Below, one piece after another: positions 1-11,874 of a stretch of 64,000 bases of DNA (its first letter is position 1; every line of letters starts with the position of its first letter). The stretch is taken from assembly GCA_964016885.1 (NCBI GenBank), contig OZ024750.1, forward strand, positions 9,734,001-9,798,000, written 5' to 3'. The DNA is from Eledone cirrhosa. Lineage: Eukaryota. The notes beneath the pieces were generated by a model, which made no database searches, was not told the DNA's origin, and saw only the letters and a program-made list of their open reading frames with translations. The position numbers and the translations under genes are program-made.

Positions 1-167
1 TTAGAAGACCCTAATTTTTTAAATCTTTATTTTGAGAAATCAGAAGCATAACATTGGCTTCAGTTGGCGATACATTTTTCTCCTTCTTCCTAAAATAACC
101 ATATTTGGCAGATTTTTATCACAGAATAGCAACCCTTGGCAACTCTCTCTAATTTCTTAAACTCATT

Positions 168-573
168 CACACACACACACACGCACATACACATACACAC
201 TTATACAGGTGGGCATACATACATGCACACATACACACATATAAATATTGAAAATCTAAAAAATACAAGAATTAAACAAAATACATTACAGAGAATAAAG
301 TGAAGTTTTTGTGTTGGTTAGAAACGACTGACAGATATAAATATATGTGTCTGTGTGAGTAAGGGTGTCGGTCTGTGCTTGAATGTGTGTGTGTGTGAGT
401 GTATGTGTGTAACTGTGTTTTGTTTGATTGTGTATACACAAATTTATGTTAATATTTATATTGGTATATTTACATATCTTACTCTGTTTTATAAACATAG
501 ATGCACACACACACATATCTATATATATATACACACACACATATACACACACACACACATATACACAGGCATT

Positions 574-617
<44 letters not shown>

Positions 618-627
618 GGCATTTATG

Positions 628-670
<43 letters not shown>

Positions 671-890
671 ACACACGTAGACAGGCATTTATGTATGTAT
701 AAATATATATATATATCTATATATATGTGCATATAGACAGGCATTTATATATGTATATCTATATATATATACACACATATAGACAGGCATTTATATATAT
801 ATATATATACACACATATAGACAGGCATTTATATATATATATATATACACACATATAGACAGGCATTTATATATATATATATATACACAC
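168..890. repeat. (CA)n/(TA)n microsatellite field with repeated ATAGACAGGCATTTAT motif
   Basis: Dinucleotide runs interleaved with about 8 copies of (T)AGACAGGCATTTAT. Confidence 0.9.
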
Positions 891-1189
891 ACCAGCACCA
901 TCATTCATCATCGTTTTTCACATCTGTTTTCCATAATGGCATGGGTTTAACAGTGATTTTTTTTTTCTTTATGCCAAACCTGACATTAGTTTTAAGTAAG
1001 GTTCTTATTTCACTGGTCACCACGAGCTGCAAAACATATTGTTTATGTGGGACATAAACGAATGTCACCAGCAATGTCAATGTGAAAACATACCGGGAAG
1101 AGGGGTGGGGACACAAACACACTTATAAACATACTTGCAAACTCTTATAAACACACAAACACACTTATAAACATATGCACTCCCTTCAT

Positions 1190-1226
<37 letters not shown>

Positions 1227-1318
1227 TAGAAGTATTTAATTTGTTGGAAGTCCGACAAACATAAATGTTTATAACTGATTTAGAGCACTCAAATAAATAT
1301 ATAAATGATATTAAATTA

Positions 1319-1356
<38 letters not shown>

Positions 1357-1365
1357 TTGTGTCCT

Positions 1366-1422
<57 letters not shown>

Positions 1423-1589
1423 AAGACAATGTCACTGGACCGAGATCTTTGGCGCTACACAGTAATAGAGAAGATCCGCCTTACCTAAAGTGCAAAGTGA
1501 AACCTACTACAGTCAGTAGGCACCTCTAACAAAATACACCCGCGTCCCACTACCCCCACCCCATCCACACCACTCCTTTCAATGTAAAG

Positions 1590-1878
1590 TTATGTCGGTA
1601 CCACAACATCCAGCCCGAAACAAATGAGGTCGTGTAGGTGTCACGACAAAAAAAAACACACAGTCCACGCTGTAATGTGGCCGTGTAGGCAACACGGTAA
1701 AAACCTCCCAGTTCCATACTGTAAATGTGGTTGGTGTTAGGAAGGGCATCCAGCCGTAGAAAACCCGCCAGACAGTCCTATGCGAGCAAGACAACCACTC
1801 TTGCCTCAAGTGGGAAAACTCCCGTCCAAACCCATGCAAGCGTGGAAGATGGACGTTAAACGAAGCTGATGATGATGA
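1590..1878 (+). mobile_element. SINE-like repeat with RTE-type (GAT)n tail
   Basis: GGTGTTAGGAAGGGCATCCAGCCGTAGAAA...AACCCATGCAAGCGTGGAAGATGGACGTTAAACG followed by GATGATGAT; the same 3' end recurs at about 901(-), 4140, 5420, 16400(-), 39480, 42880(-) and 63870. Confidence 0.7.
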
Positions 1879-1885
1879 TATCTCA

Positions 1886-1973
<88 letters not shown>

Positions 1974-2356
1974 TTGTGTCCTGGTATATATATATATTTA
2001 ATACATTAACAGAGAAAGCTTTAAGCAATACTCCGACCGGCTTCCGTCACACTCAACAAACATTAGGATATACCTTAGTATAATCCCAATTATACGTTTA
2101 GGGTGCTAACTATACGTATTTTGCGGATATCCAGTTGTATTATTTTATATGAGACATAATTAAAATACATATATATATATAAATGGAAAAGAATGAAACG
2201 AAATTTCACTTCTCACTCTTAGTACGGCTGATACCTAAATATAAGTATGTATACGTACTTACATATATGTGTACAGACATATATATATGTACGTATGGGT
2301 TTACCGAACATTTATTATAATGTTCGGTTTGTTTGTAAACAAACGTAAACCCATAC

Positions 2357-2399
<43 letters not shown>

Positions 2400-2403
2400 C
2401 ATG

Positions 2404-2442
<39 letters not shown>

Positions 2443-2450
2443 ATATACAT

Positions 2451-2691
2451 ATCAGGATACAACCAGATAAAACCAGTTAGACTATTACTCAACTGAGCAC
2501 TCAATACTTGCTTGGGATAGTAGAATATGACTATATTATCCAGAGTTGGGGCCCTCAACTAGCTGTTGAAGCAGCAAGGGCTCAGCTGTAGGGTCCAGAC
2601 TCTTTATACTATAGCCATACTCTACTACCCCAAGTATTGAGTACTCTGTTGAATAATGGTCTATTTAGTTTCAAACTGAATCTATCCTGAT
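2451..2691. mobile_element. MITE-like element with about 80-bp imperfect terminal inverted repeats
   Basis: ATCAGGATA...ACTCAATACTTG...GACTATA is the reverse complement of TATAGCC...CAAGTATTGAGT...TATCCTGAT; lies in a TA-rich microsatellite; partial copy at about 39280-39390. Confidence 0.75.
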
Positions 2692-2755
2692 TTATGTGTG
2701 TGTGTGCACATATATATATGTATGTGTGTGTGTGTGTGTCTATGTGTATATGTCG

Positions 2756-2800
<45 letters not shown>

Positions 2801-2894
2801 CTATATATATATATATATATACTACCAAATCAACTTTTTAAATGGAAGTTGAAGTTGAAAGGTATGTCAAATCTATCTATTTATAAGACTGTTT

Positions 2895-2971
2895 ATATTG
2901 TATTTTGTCTGAAGAAGGCATAACATATTTTTAATATGATATCCCTGAAATATATATAATGAAATAAATAT
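2895..2971 (+). ncRNA. type-I hammerhead ribozyme motif (HHR-1)
   Basis: CUGAAGA 2909-2915; stem II 2916-2946 (12 of 14 pairs); GAAA 2947-2950; palindromic stem III A-UAUAUA-U; AUA site (A2958); stem I UAUUUUGU/AUGAAAUA extended by AUAUU/AAUAU. Confidence 0.75.
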
Positions 2972-3030
2972 GGTTTTATAAATATAGTTTCCATTTATTT
3001 AATATCGTATATATATATATATATATATAT

Positions 3031-3326
3031 AAATGAAGTAATTCCGTCGGAAAAGTCCAGGAAAAAAGAGTGCTCTATGTAAGCAACAGAGCTTAATTAT
3101 TATTATGTAATAAACAACATAAGGCAATTATTCCATTTACCAGTGGTTTCTTAAAAGCAAAAGGTTTTGCTTTCAATCCTCAGAATGAAAAGAATGTTTT
3201 TAAGATCCAAATTCAATAAACAAACCAGGATTTTTTCATTCTGAGGATTGAAAGCAAAACCTTTTGCTTTTAAGAAACCACTGGTAAATGGAATAATTGC
3301 CTTATGTTGTTTATTACATAATAATA
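3031..3326. repeat. (TA)n-flanked cassette containing a perfect 94-bp inverted repeat
   Basis: Arms 3098-3191 and 3233-3326 are exact reverse complements around a 41-bp spacer; a related cassette without the palindrome lies at about 51877-52010. Confidence 0.9.
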
Positions 3327-3654
3327 TATATATATATACACACACACACCGACATAATATAGATATATATATATATATACATATATACACATCAGCTAGA
3401 CTCTCCAATCTTGAACATATTATTTATCTCATTCAATTCTTTTATCAGTGTTCAAATTTCAAATGTTTTTATCTCAATGAAATATTACTGGACTTTTATA
3501 CCAGTTCAGCAAAATAATTGCCTGACACAGAAAATCAATATCACACTAAGTTGACTTTAAAATAGAGAGAGGGAGAGGGAGCCATTATCAGTTTTATATA
3601 TATATACATATATACATATATATATACATATATGTTCCGTGTATAAATAAATAA

Positions 3655-3692
<38 letters not shown>

Positions 3693-3859
3693 ACTCTTAT
3701 CAGTTATATATATATACTGATAGACTTACAAATATGCATATATACCAATGAAAACAGATATATATATATATATTATATGTTGTGTGTGTGTACATACAAG
3801 GAGACATATATGTGTGTTAATGTATGTGTGTATATGTATATATGCATGTATGTGTTCGA

Positions 3860-4120
3860 GGCAACAAATTGGCAAAAGCCATATTTGTTCCAGTTCTCAG
3901 CCGTCCTTGCAGAATTGTTAGAACGCTGAGCAAAATGCTGTGCGATATTTGTTCCTGCTCTTTAAACTCTGAGCTCAAATCCTGCCAAGGTCAACTTTGC
4001 CTTTCGTCCTTCTGGGGTCGATAAAATAAAATACTAGTACTTAGTCACATACTGGGGTTGATATAATCATATTTCACTTTCCCCCAAATTGCTGGCGTTG
4101 TGCCTATGTTATAAAGAATT
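3860..4120 (+). mobile_element. tRNA-derived SINE family A (Nin/Deu-like central domain), diverged copy
   Basis: B-box-like GAGCTCAAATCC followed by AACTTTGCCTTTCGTCCTTCTGGGGTCGATAAAATAAA. Confidence 0.75.
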
Positions 4121-4709
4121 CTTGTTGTTGTTGTTTTAAGCCATGCACACATGGAAAGATGGACACTAAACTGTGATGATGATACACAAGATTATCGTTA
4201 TTTTATGTTAAACACAAAACTTTATCAACTGAGCTTCACATTTCCTATTAGAGAAGAGAGATTCTGGCTTCTTGAAGGAATCAAATTCCCAGAGAATTAC
4301 ACTCAAGTTATACTTCCAATTGACAGCTTAGTATCTAATACTGGGAACAGTGTTCAGCAGTAGTTAATGCTTGCTCCAGTTAATATGTAAACAATCTAAC
4401 TTCCAGAAATGTTTAGCTTGCACTAGCTTCAATCTTTCAGCCTATATCACCATGGAGACTTAGAAATTCATTTTGAAAGGAGAATGTAAATGAACCTCCA
4501 TTGGTTTCAACAATGGAGCTTCCAGTTGTTGCTTTTTATTAAATTGCCTACTTATTAAATTAACATGTAAGTGACTGCTATTCTTAACATTCTCAGGAAG
4601 ATTCAGTATGACACACTGAGTGACAAGGCTTCTACTCTTACAATCTGATGAGATGGTGAAAATTGGTTGTTGAAACTTTAGTGTTTTTGTTCCGTGTATA
4701 AATAAATAA

Positions 4710-4865
4710 ATGATTGTTTCTACTATAGGCACAAGGCCAGCAATTTGAAGGGGAGGGGAAAGTTGATTAAATCAACCCCAGTGCATTACTGGTACTTTAT
4801 TTATCGACCCCTTGTAAGGATGAAAGGCAAAGCTAACCTCGGCAGGATTTGAACTCAGAACATAA
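4710..4865 (-). mobile_element. SINE family A, 5'-truncated
   Basis: Reverse complement of the GAGTTCAAATCC...GTCGATAAAATAAAGTACCAG...GGCCTTGTGCCTATAGTAGAAAC consensus. Confidence 0.85.
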
Positions 4866-5523
4866 ATGAATTATACAATATATTGTTATATTATGAATAA
4901 TGCTTCATAAACCCTTAATCACCCCCCAGTAGTGCCTTAGACTTTATGATGACCCTCAATAGAAGCAATATTTTCAGAAGTAAATACAGAGGAATTAGTT
5001 TATATATATAAGATATTGATAATCTAAGTGTTAGGCAACCATTGACTAGCTTATTAAACTCACTTCAAACCTCCTGTGGCTATAATATAGAAGAGAATTT
5101 ATTAACACTATAAAGAGAAAGAATAGATTAATCTTAACTTATATAACATTTGATAAATACCTGAACAATATATAGTAAAATTCTACAGCTATGTAAAGCT
5201 AATCTTTTCTTTTTTGTTTTGCTCCTGACTTTTGATCGAAATAAGAATACAAAAGTCGTAGGTTAATAAAAAGTTAAATACAATAGGTAATGGAAAAAAA
5301 ATAATAAAGTAATCTATTTATCCTGTAGTTACTGAAAGAGCAATTCTGAACTAATAAAATATATAATATAATATACTGTGTATATATATATTTATATATA
5401 TATACACATTTATATATACATGTAAGCGTGGAATATGGACGTTAAACGATGATGATGATCATGATGATGATGCACATATGTATTTATATATACATGCATA
5501 TGTTTATATATATTTATACACAA

Positions 5524-5568
<45 letters not shown>

Positions 5569-5963
5569 ATAGGTTGTAGATTTTAGCAACACTCTAGAAT
5601 GATCTAGCTTTTTTTTCTTTTTTTTCTAAACTCCAATCAAGACCACAGAGCCTTTACATCAATGCATTATTGATCTCAAGATGATACAAATGATTTTCAC
5701 CTTGTGTTTGAACTTCCATTAACTATTGACCTTAATAATAAATTGAGGTGACTATAGAATATTTTCCTAAAACCACTCTTTCAAAACCATTCTAGTTTTT
5801 AATGCCATATGAATAGTTTGAATTTTCTGTTCTTTTTTGGTTTGTTTTATTGTTGTTTTTCTTTTATATATATTTTGTAATATAAATTGAATTGTTTTAC
5901 AAAAGGCAAAATTTATATAAATTCTAAAAGAAACTTCTTTTATCATAAGATTTCCTTCTTTAG

Positions 5964-6408
5964 CCCTTTCATCACCACATTTCTAATGAAATATAATTCT
6001 ATATTAATTTATTAATTAAGAATTTCGAAGGATTTACTAAAATTATTAATTATTTCATCACTAAGATAGTAACTTAATGTAAGGTTCTTATATAAAATTA
6101 TGTTGGAAGATTTCAATATGAATTAGAAACCTTTACATTACTCTATATATACTATTGTATTTTTGTGATAAAGGCATTATCTCACATAATTATCTCACAA
6201 AATATTGACTCTATAAGATTTTGTTATTATTTATTTTGAGAATAATACCTTAACATGTGTATGTGTGGCTAGTTACAGCTGGTTTGAACAGAAAGAAGTG
6301 AGAGAATTCTGGCCAGATATGGCCGGTTTAAATGCTTAAGGGTTAAAATAGAATGTTATATTTCATAGAACTAGAGCTGGTTTTGGCCAGGGTTGGTAAC
6401 AAAAGGGC
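5964..6408. mobile_element. piggyBac-like MITE family 2 with a nested family-1 copy (about 6130-6342)
   Basis: CCCTTT...AAAGGG ends with degenerate TTAA-like flanks (TTAG, CTAA); inner segment matches 24454-24880 and ends AAGGG|TTAA; outer part is the reverse complement of 40389-40725. Confidence 0.65.
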
Positions 6409-7075
6409 TAAAACTAATGTCTTGATGAAAGTTGAAATGATATCTATTTTCTGTTTGGTTCACTGAGTCAATTAGTGTAAAACTTTGTTAACGGTCATGC
6501 TATGATGGTTATGTGGTTATGGCAGGATTTTGGTGGGTAGCAGCAAAATAAGTTATGTTGTCAGAAGAAGAGTAAACTTTATAACTAGAAAGCTGCAAAG
6601 CCGCTTGTTTTAAGTTGCTAACTAATAACTAGTTAATCAAGTTGCTAATTAACAACTTATGTAACTTCACTAATTATAGATTAAATGAATTTCTGTATAT
6701 GAAGACCCAGTGCAGTCACTTAACTAGATATTGGATCACGTATATGTTATTAAGGAAACTACTTGTATCTGGTTACAGAAGATCGACCATAAAGATGTCT
6801 GGAGATTCTATTAATTCAATAAACTTCAAGTTAATACTTGTTAATGTTTAGAAATTTTGACATTTCTATTCCTTAAATTTACAACTTGAAGAATGTGAAA
6901 TTTTATGAGTGGTCCAACATTTTACTTTAACTCTGGACTAATTTACTTGTCATCACTATAATTTCTCTTGGAATCAGTTCAAGGGGATTGAAAGAGAAAA
7001 TTGAAACTTCTATAAAATTTTGTCAAGTTGAGATTTACAGTTATTCAAGAAGTATGCTTCTATTATTATTATTGC

Positions 7076-7315
7076 AGTGGATTGGCAGTATCGGTAGAGG
7101 GCCGGACGCCATGCTTTCACGCATAGAGTTACGGTCCTTTATGATCTGAGTTCAAATCCCGCCGAGGTTAACTTTGCCTTTCATCCTTACGGGGTCGATA
7201 AAATAAAGTACCAGTCACGCACTGGGGTCAATTTAATCGACTTTCCCCTCCCCCAAAATTGCTGGCCTTGTGTCTATATAAGAAACAATTATTATTATTA
7301 TTACTATTATTATTA
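7076..7315 (+). mobile_element. SINE family A, near full length with (ATT)n tail
   Basis: A-box-like TGGCAGTATCGG, B-box GAGTTCAAATCC, central GCCTTTCATCCTTACGGGGTCGATAAAATAAAGTACCAG. Confidence 0.9.
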
Positions 7316-7484
7316 TTTAGGAGCTTATTTCAGACATATACAATTAATTCTAAGCTAAAGAAAGGGATTTGAAATGTCAATCTCAACTTTTAGTTCTTCA
7401 GTTCTAAATTATAAATTTACATCCAAAAACAGTAAATAACAAAAGAGAAGAAACTAACGGTACTTTGCATAAGAAAAGTCTCAA

Positions 7485-7700
7485 GTCTGTCTCGAACCTG
7501 GAAGTTCATCGGGCCAGTCCTTATCTCAGTTTCCGTGGCATGAAGTGACTGAGAGTACAAGACTCTCCACTGGACAGAACATCAGTCTATTGCAGGGTTA
7601 AAGAACACAACATATAACCCAACCCAGTCCAAGAATTGAACAACATTACAATCATAAGTCCAACACCTTTAGCACTAGGCCTCGTGCCTCCACTTTGCAT
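7485..7700 (-). mobile_element. SINE family C (V-domain-like), reverse copy
   Basis: Reverse-complement similarity to 30690-30955 (CCCTGCAATAGACTGATGTTCTGTCCAG). Confidence 0.55.
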
Positions 7701-7939
7701 GGACAATAAATTATTTAGTGAAGTCCTGAAATATGAATACCTAATACATACCATCAACCCCTACAATGCTTACCCCTATGACTCTATCAAATGTAATGGG
7801 CCAGAGAGATTTAAATTCTTAATATATACCATCTCCCACTGCAATACCTGCCCTTATGACTCTATCAAAAGCTTAGGGCCAGAGATAAGATTAGAATTAT
7901 TTGATAACATAATTCTAAAGTTTATTTACACAACTGATA

Positions 7940-8152
7940 TGTTTTCGGCCAATTGCAGTGAAGGCCAGCAATTTAAGGGGGGGGGGGAGTCGATTAAATC
8001 AACTTCAGTGTGTTACAGGTACTTTATTTTACCGACTCTGCAATGATAAAAGGCGAAGCTAACCATGGCAAGATTTGAACTCAGAACATAAAGGGACATA
8101 ATTATATGCCACAAAGCATATTGCCCAACGCTCTACCAATTCTACCAATCCA
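7940..8152 (-). mobile_element. SINE family A
   Basis: GATTTGAACTCAGAAC...TCTACCAATTCTACCAATCCA is the reverse complement of the family head. Confidence 0.75.
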
Positions 8153-8879
8153 TCATATACTGCTATATAATACTGAAGGTATTACTCAGTAAAATTCTTA
8201 TATACCATTGCAACAGATACTTAAGAAACAGTCTTTTGTGCCACTGAAAGAAATATTACAGATGTTACAGATGTCTTTGCTTCTTCTTTGCTACATTTTT
8301 TTGTATTAAACTCCCTGCTTAACTTTAGCTACACCTGGCAGGTGTATTTGTTAATGAGATGTTTCATGCTTTGTTATTTATTTAGCTGATTCTCATTATC
8401 TTGCACTACTTCTAAGTATCCGTAATATTAATTGAGCTCCAGTTTTCTTATCAATTCTTATCATAAAATATATTCTTTGTCTTGTTTTCTTTGTTCTTTT
8501 TTGTTTAAGTTTTTTTTTTTTAAGTTTTTTTTCTTCATTTAAAAAATGTTTACCATTTTAATAAACAACACTTGTTCCCATGGAAACTGTATTGAGATGT
8601 CTGATATAAAAATGTTCCCTGTGTGATTCAGTTGATTAATCAAACTGTGTTTCCATTGGTCTTCCCATTGTTGATACCAGTTGCAACTCCTGGCAGAAAG
8701 AGTAAATGTAAAATAAAGTGTCTTGCTCAAGGACATAATGCATCACCCAGTCCAAGAATCAACCTCACAACCTCACAATTACAAATCCAATTCTCTAACC
8801 ATTAAGTCACACACCTTCATGTGATTCAATAAAATCTTTTAATTCTTGTTCTTGTTGTTGTTGATGGTGATGCTTGGCT

Positions 8880-9435
8880 GTGTTGCTACTACTACTATTG
8901 TTGTTGATGTTGGTGGTGGTGATAATGATAGTAGTGGTGATGGTAGTACTATTGCTGTTGTTGTTGTTGTTGGTGGTGGTGTTGCTACTACTATTGTTGT
9001 TGATGTTGGTGGTGGTGATAATGATAGTAGTGGTGATGGTAGTACTATTGCTGTTGTTGTTGTTGTTGGTGGTGGTGTTGCTACTACTATTGTTGTTGAT
9101 GTTGGTGGTGGTGATAATGATAGTAGTGGTGATGGTAGTACTATTGCTGTTGTTGTTGTTGTTGGTGGTGGTGTTGCTACTACTATTGTTGTTGATGTTG
9201 GTGGTGGTGATAATGATAGTAGTGGTGATGGTAGTACTATTGCTGTTGTTGTTGTTGGTGGTGGTGGTGTTGCTACTACTATTGTTGTTGATGTTGGTGG
9301 TGGTGATAATGATAGTAGTGGTGATGGTAGTACTATTGCTGTTGTTGTTGTTGTTGTTGGTGGTGGTGGTGTTGCTACTACTATTGTTGTTGATGTTGGT
9401 GGTGGTGATAATGATAGTAGTGGTGATGTTAGTAC

Positions 9436-9512
<77 letters not shown>

Positions 9513-9610
9513 GTGTTGCTGCTGCTGCTGGTATTGTTGTTGATGTTGGTGGTGGTGATAATGATAGTAGTGGTGATGGTAGTACTATTGCTGCTGTTGT
9601 TGGTGGTGGT
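8880..9610. repeat. 96-bp minisatellite built from GTT/GGT triplets
   Basis: GATAATGATAGT recurs at 8921, 9017, 9113, 9209, 9305 (period 96), then 9407 and 9557. Confidence 0.95.
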
Positions 9611-10074
9611 AGTGGTGATGTTTGACTGGTGGTGATGGTGTTGCTCCTACTATTGTTGTTGATGTTGTTGTAGTTGTTATTTTGAAAAAAAGCACCCTGA
9701 TTAACTTCATTCATGCAGAGTAAGAATTACACAGGTAGCTAATAAAAGTCGTTTGCATTCACTTCAGCTTTAATGCCATCTGGTCTTTATTATGAATATA
9801 AAAATATAAGTTTATTGCGGGATATTTAGCTTCTTAATTGTCAGGTTGGAAATTTCTCTGTTAAAGGTTAATTGCTTTATACATTTCAAGCCATCCATAT
9901 GATTAATTTCCTCCTCCCACCTTCCCTCATAGTTACTTCCCCTCAGGATCATTAGAGACAGTTTTTAAAAATCAGTGAAGATACGAAAATTCTCCTCACA
10001 ATTTCTGCCATGCTTAATACATTTATTTGCCTGATAATGTCTGTGACAGGAATAGTTGTAGCTAAGATATTAAC

Positions 10075-11245
10075 TTCACTATCACATAGCTGTGTAGTTA
10101 AAACTTTACCCTCATGACCACATAGCTGTGTAGTTAAGACTTTACCTTCACAACCACATAGCTGTGTAGCTAAGACTTTAGCTATACTATCACATAGCTG
10201 TGTAGTTAAGACTTTAGCTACATGACCACATAGCTGTGTAGCTAAGACTTTACCTTCACAACCACATAGCTGTGTAGCTAAGACTTTAGCTATACTATCA
10301 CATAGCTGTGTAGTTAAGACTTTAGCTACATGACCACATAGCTGTGTAGCTAAGACTTTACCTTCACAACCACATAGCTGTGTAGCTAAGACTTTAGCTA
10401 TACTATCACATAGCTGTGTAGCTAAGACTTTAGCTATACTATCACATAGCTGTGTAGCTAAGACTTTAGCTATACTATCACATAGCTGTGTAGCTAAGAC
10501 TTTAGCTATACTATCACATAGCTGTGTAGCTAAGACTTTAGCTATACTATCACATAGCTGTGTAGTTAAGACTTTAGCTACATGACCACATAGCTGTGTA
10601 ATTCAGACTTTAGCTACATGACCACATAACTGTGTAGCTAAGACTTTAGCTATACTATCACATAGCTGTGTAGCTAAGACTTTAGCTATACTATCACATA
10701 GCTGTGTAGCTAAGACTTTAGCTATACTATCACATAGCTGTGTAGCTAAGACTTTAGCTATACTATCACATAGCTGTGTAGCTAAGACTTTAGCTATACT
10801 ATCACATAGCTGTGTAGCTAAGACTTTAGCTATACTATCACATAGCTGTGTAGTTAAGACTTTAGCTACATGACCACATAGCTGTGTAATTCAGACTTTA
10901 GCTACATGACCACATAACTGTGTAGCTAAGACTTTAGCTATACTATCACATAGCTGTGTAGCTAAGACTTTAGCTATACTATCACATAGCTGTGTAGCTA
11001 AGACTTTAGCTATACTATCACATAGCTGTGTAGTTAAGACTTTAGCTACATGACCACATAGCTGTGTAGTTAAGACTTTAGCTACATGACCACATAGCTG
11101 TGTAGTTAAGACTTTAGCTACATGACCACATAACTGTGTAGTTAAGACTTTACCTTCACGACCACATAGCTGTGTAGTTAAGAATTTACCTTCATGACCA
11201 CATAACTGTGTAGTTAAGACTTTACCTTCATGACCACATAGTTTC
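10075..11245. repeat. 36-bp minisatellite (about 32 copies) derived from a SINE tRNA-like head
   Basis: Unit ATCACATAGCTGTGTAGCTAAGACTTTAGCTATACT with three variants; the last unit runs into a SINE family-B body (11245-11340). Confidence 0.9.
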
Positions 11246-11443
11246 AAGTTTAATCCCAGTGCTTAGCATCTTAGGTGAGTGTCTTTTATTAATAAAGCTT
11301 TAAATGAATTTAGAAGATGGAAATTGTGAGAAAGCCTATCATATATATATATATTATCACCATCTAGAAACGATCGTAAAGCAGTGAAGTATATCTTTAA
11401 TGACTTCATTTTTTATTTCATTGTTTTAACTTATATATATATG

Positions 11444-11483
<40 letters not shown>

Positions 11484-11484
11484 T

Positions 11485-11874
11485 GTTCTGAGTTCAAATC
11501 TTGCCAAGGCTAACTTTGCCTTTCATCCTTACAGGGTCAATAAAATAAAGTACCAGTAATATACTGGATTGATTTAATCAACTTCTCCCCTAAAATTGTT
11601 GGTCTTATACCTAAATCAGAAACCATTATTATCGTTGTTTCTACTTTTGGCACAAGGCCAGCAATTATCCCAGTGAATTACTGGTACTTTATTTTATCGA
11701 CCCCGTAAGGATGAAAGGAAAAGTTAACCTTGGCGGGATTTGAACTCAGGCCCTTTGTGGTCTGAGTTCAAATCCCGCCGAGGTTAACTTTTCCTTTCAT
11801 CCTTACGGGGTCGATAAAATAAAGTACCAGTAATTCACTGGGATAATTGCTGGCCTTGTGCCAAAAGTAGAAAC
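11485..11874. mobile_element. SINE family A cluster: one + copy followed by a head-to-head inverted pair
   Basis: 11485-11630 (+), 11637-11749 (-), 11762-11874 (+). Confidence 0.9.

Noticed and set aside
2030-2140. Minus-strand GAAG-CCG-GUC resembling a hammerhead 3' half
   Set aside because: No CUGANGA or stem I partner could be found
286-2923. Many ORFs rich in YI/CV/TH dipeptides (also elsewhere in the window)
   Set aside because: They are translations of (TA)n and (CA)n microsatellites, with no domain content
4641-4675. CUGAUGA...GAAA close together
   Set aside because: No stable stem II and no stem III/UH site
7076-7165. tRNA-like A and B boxes
   Set aside because: These are SINE heads; the spacing and lack of a cloverleaf exclude a real tRNA gene
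10075-11245. 36-bp partly palindromic repeats suggesting a CRISPR array
   Set aside because: Units are head-to-tail with no unique spacers, there are no cas genes, and the context is eukaryotic
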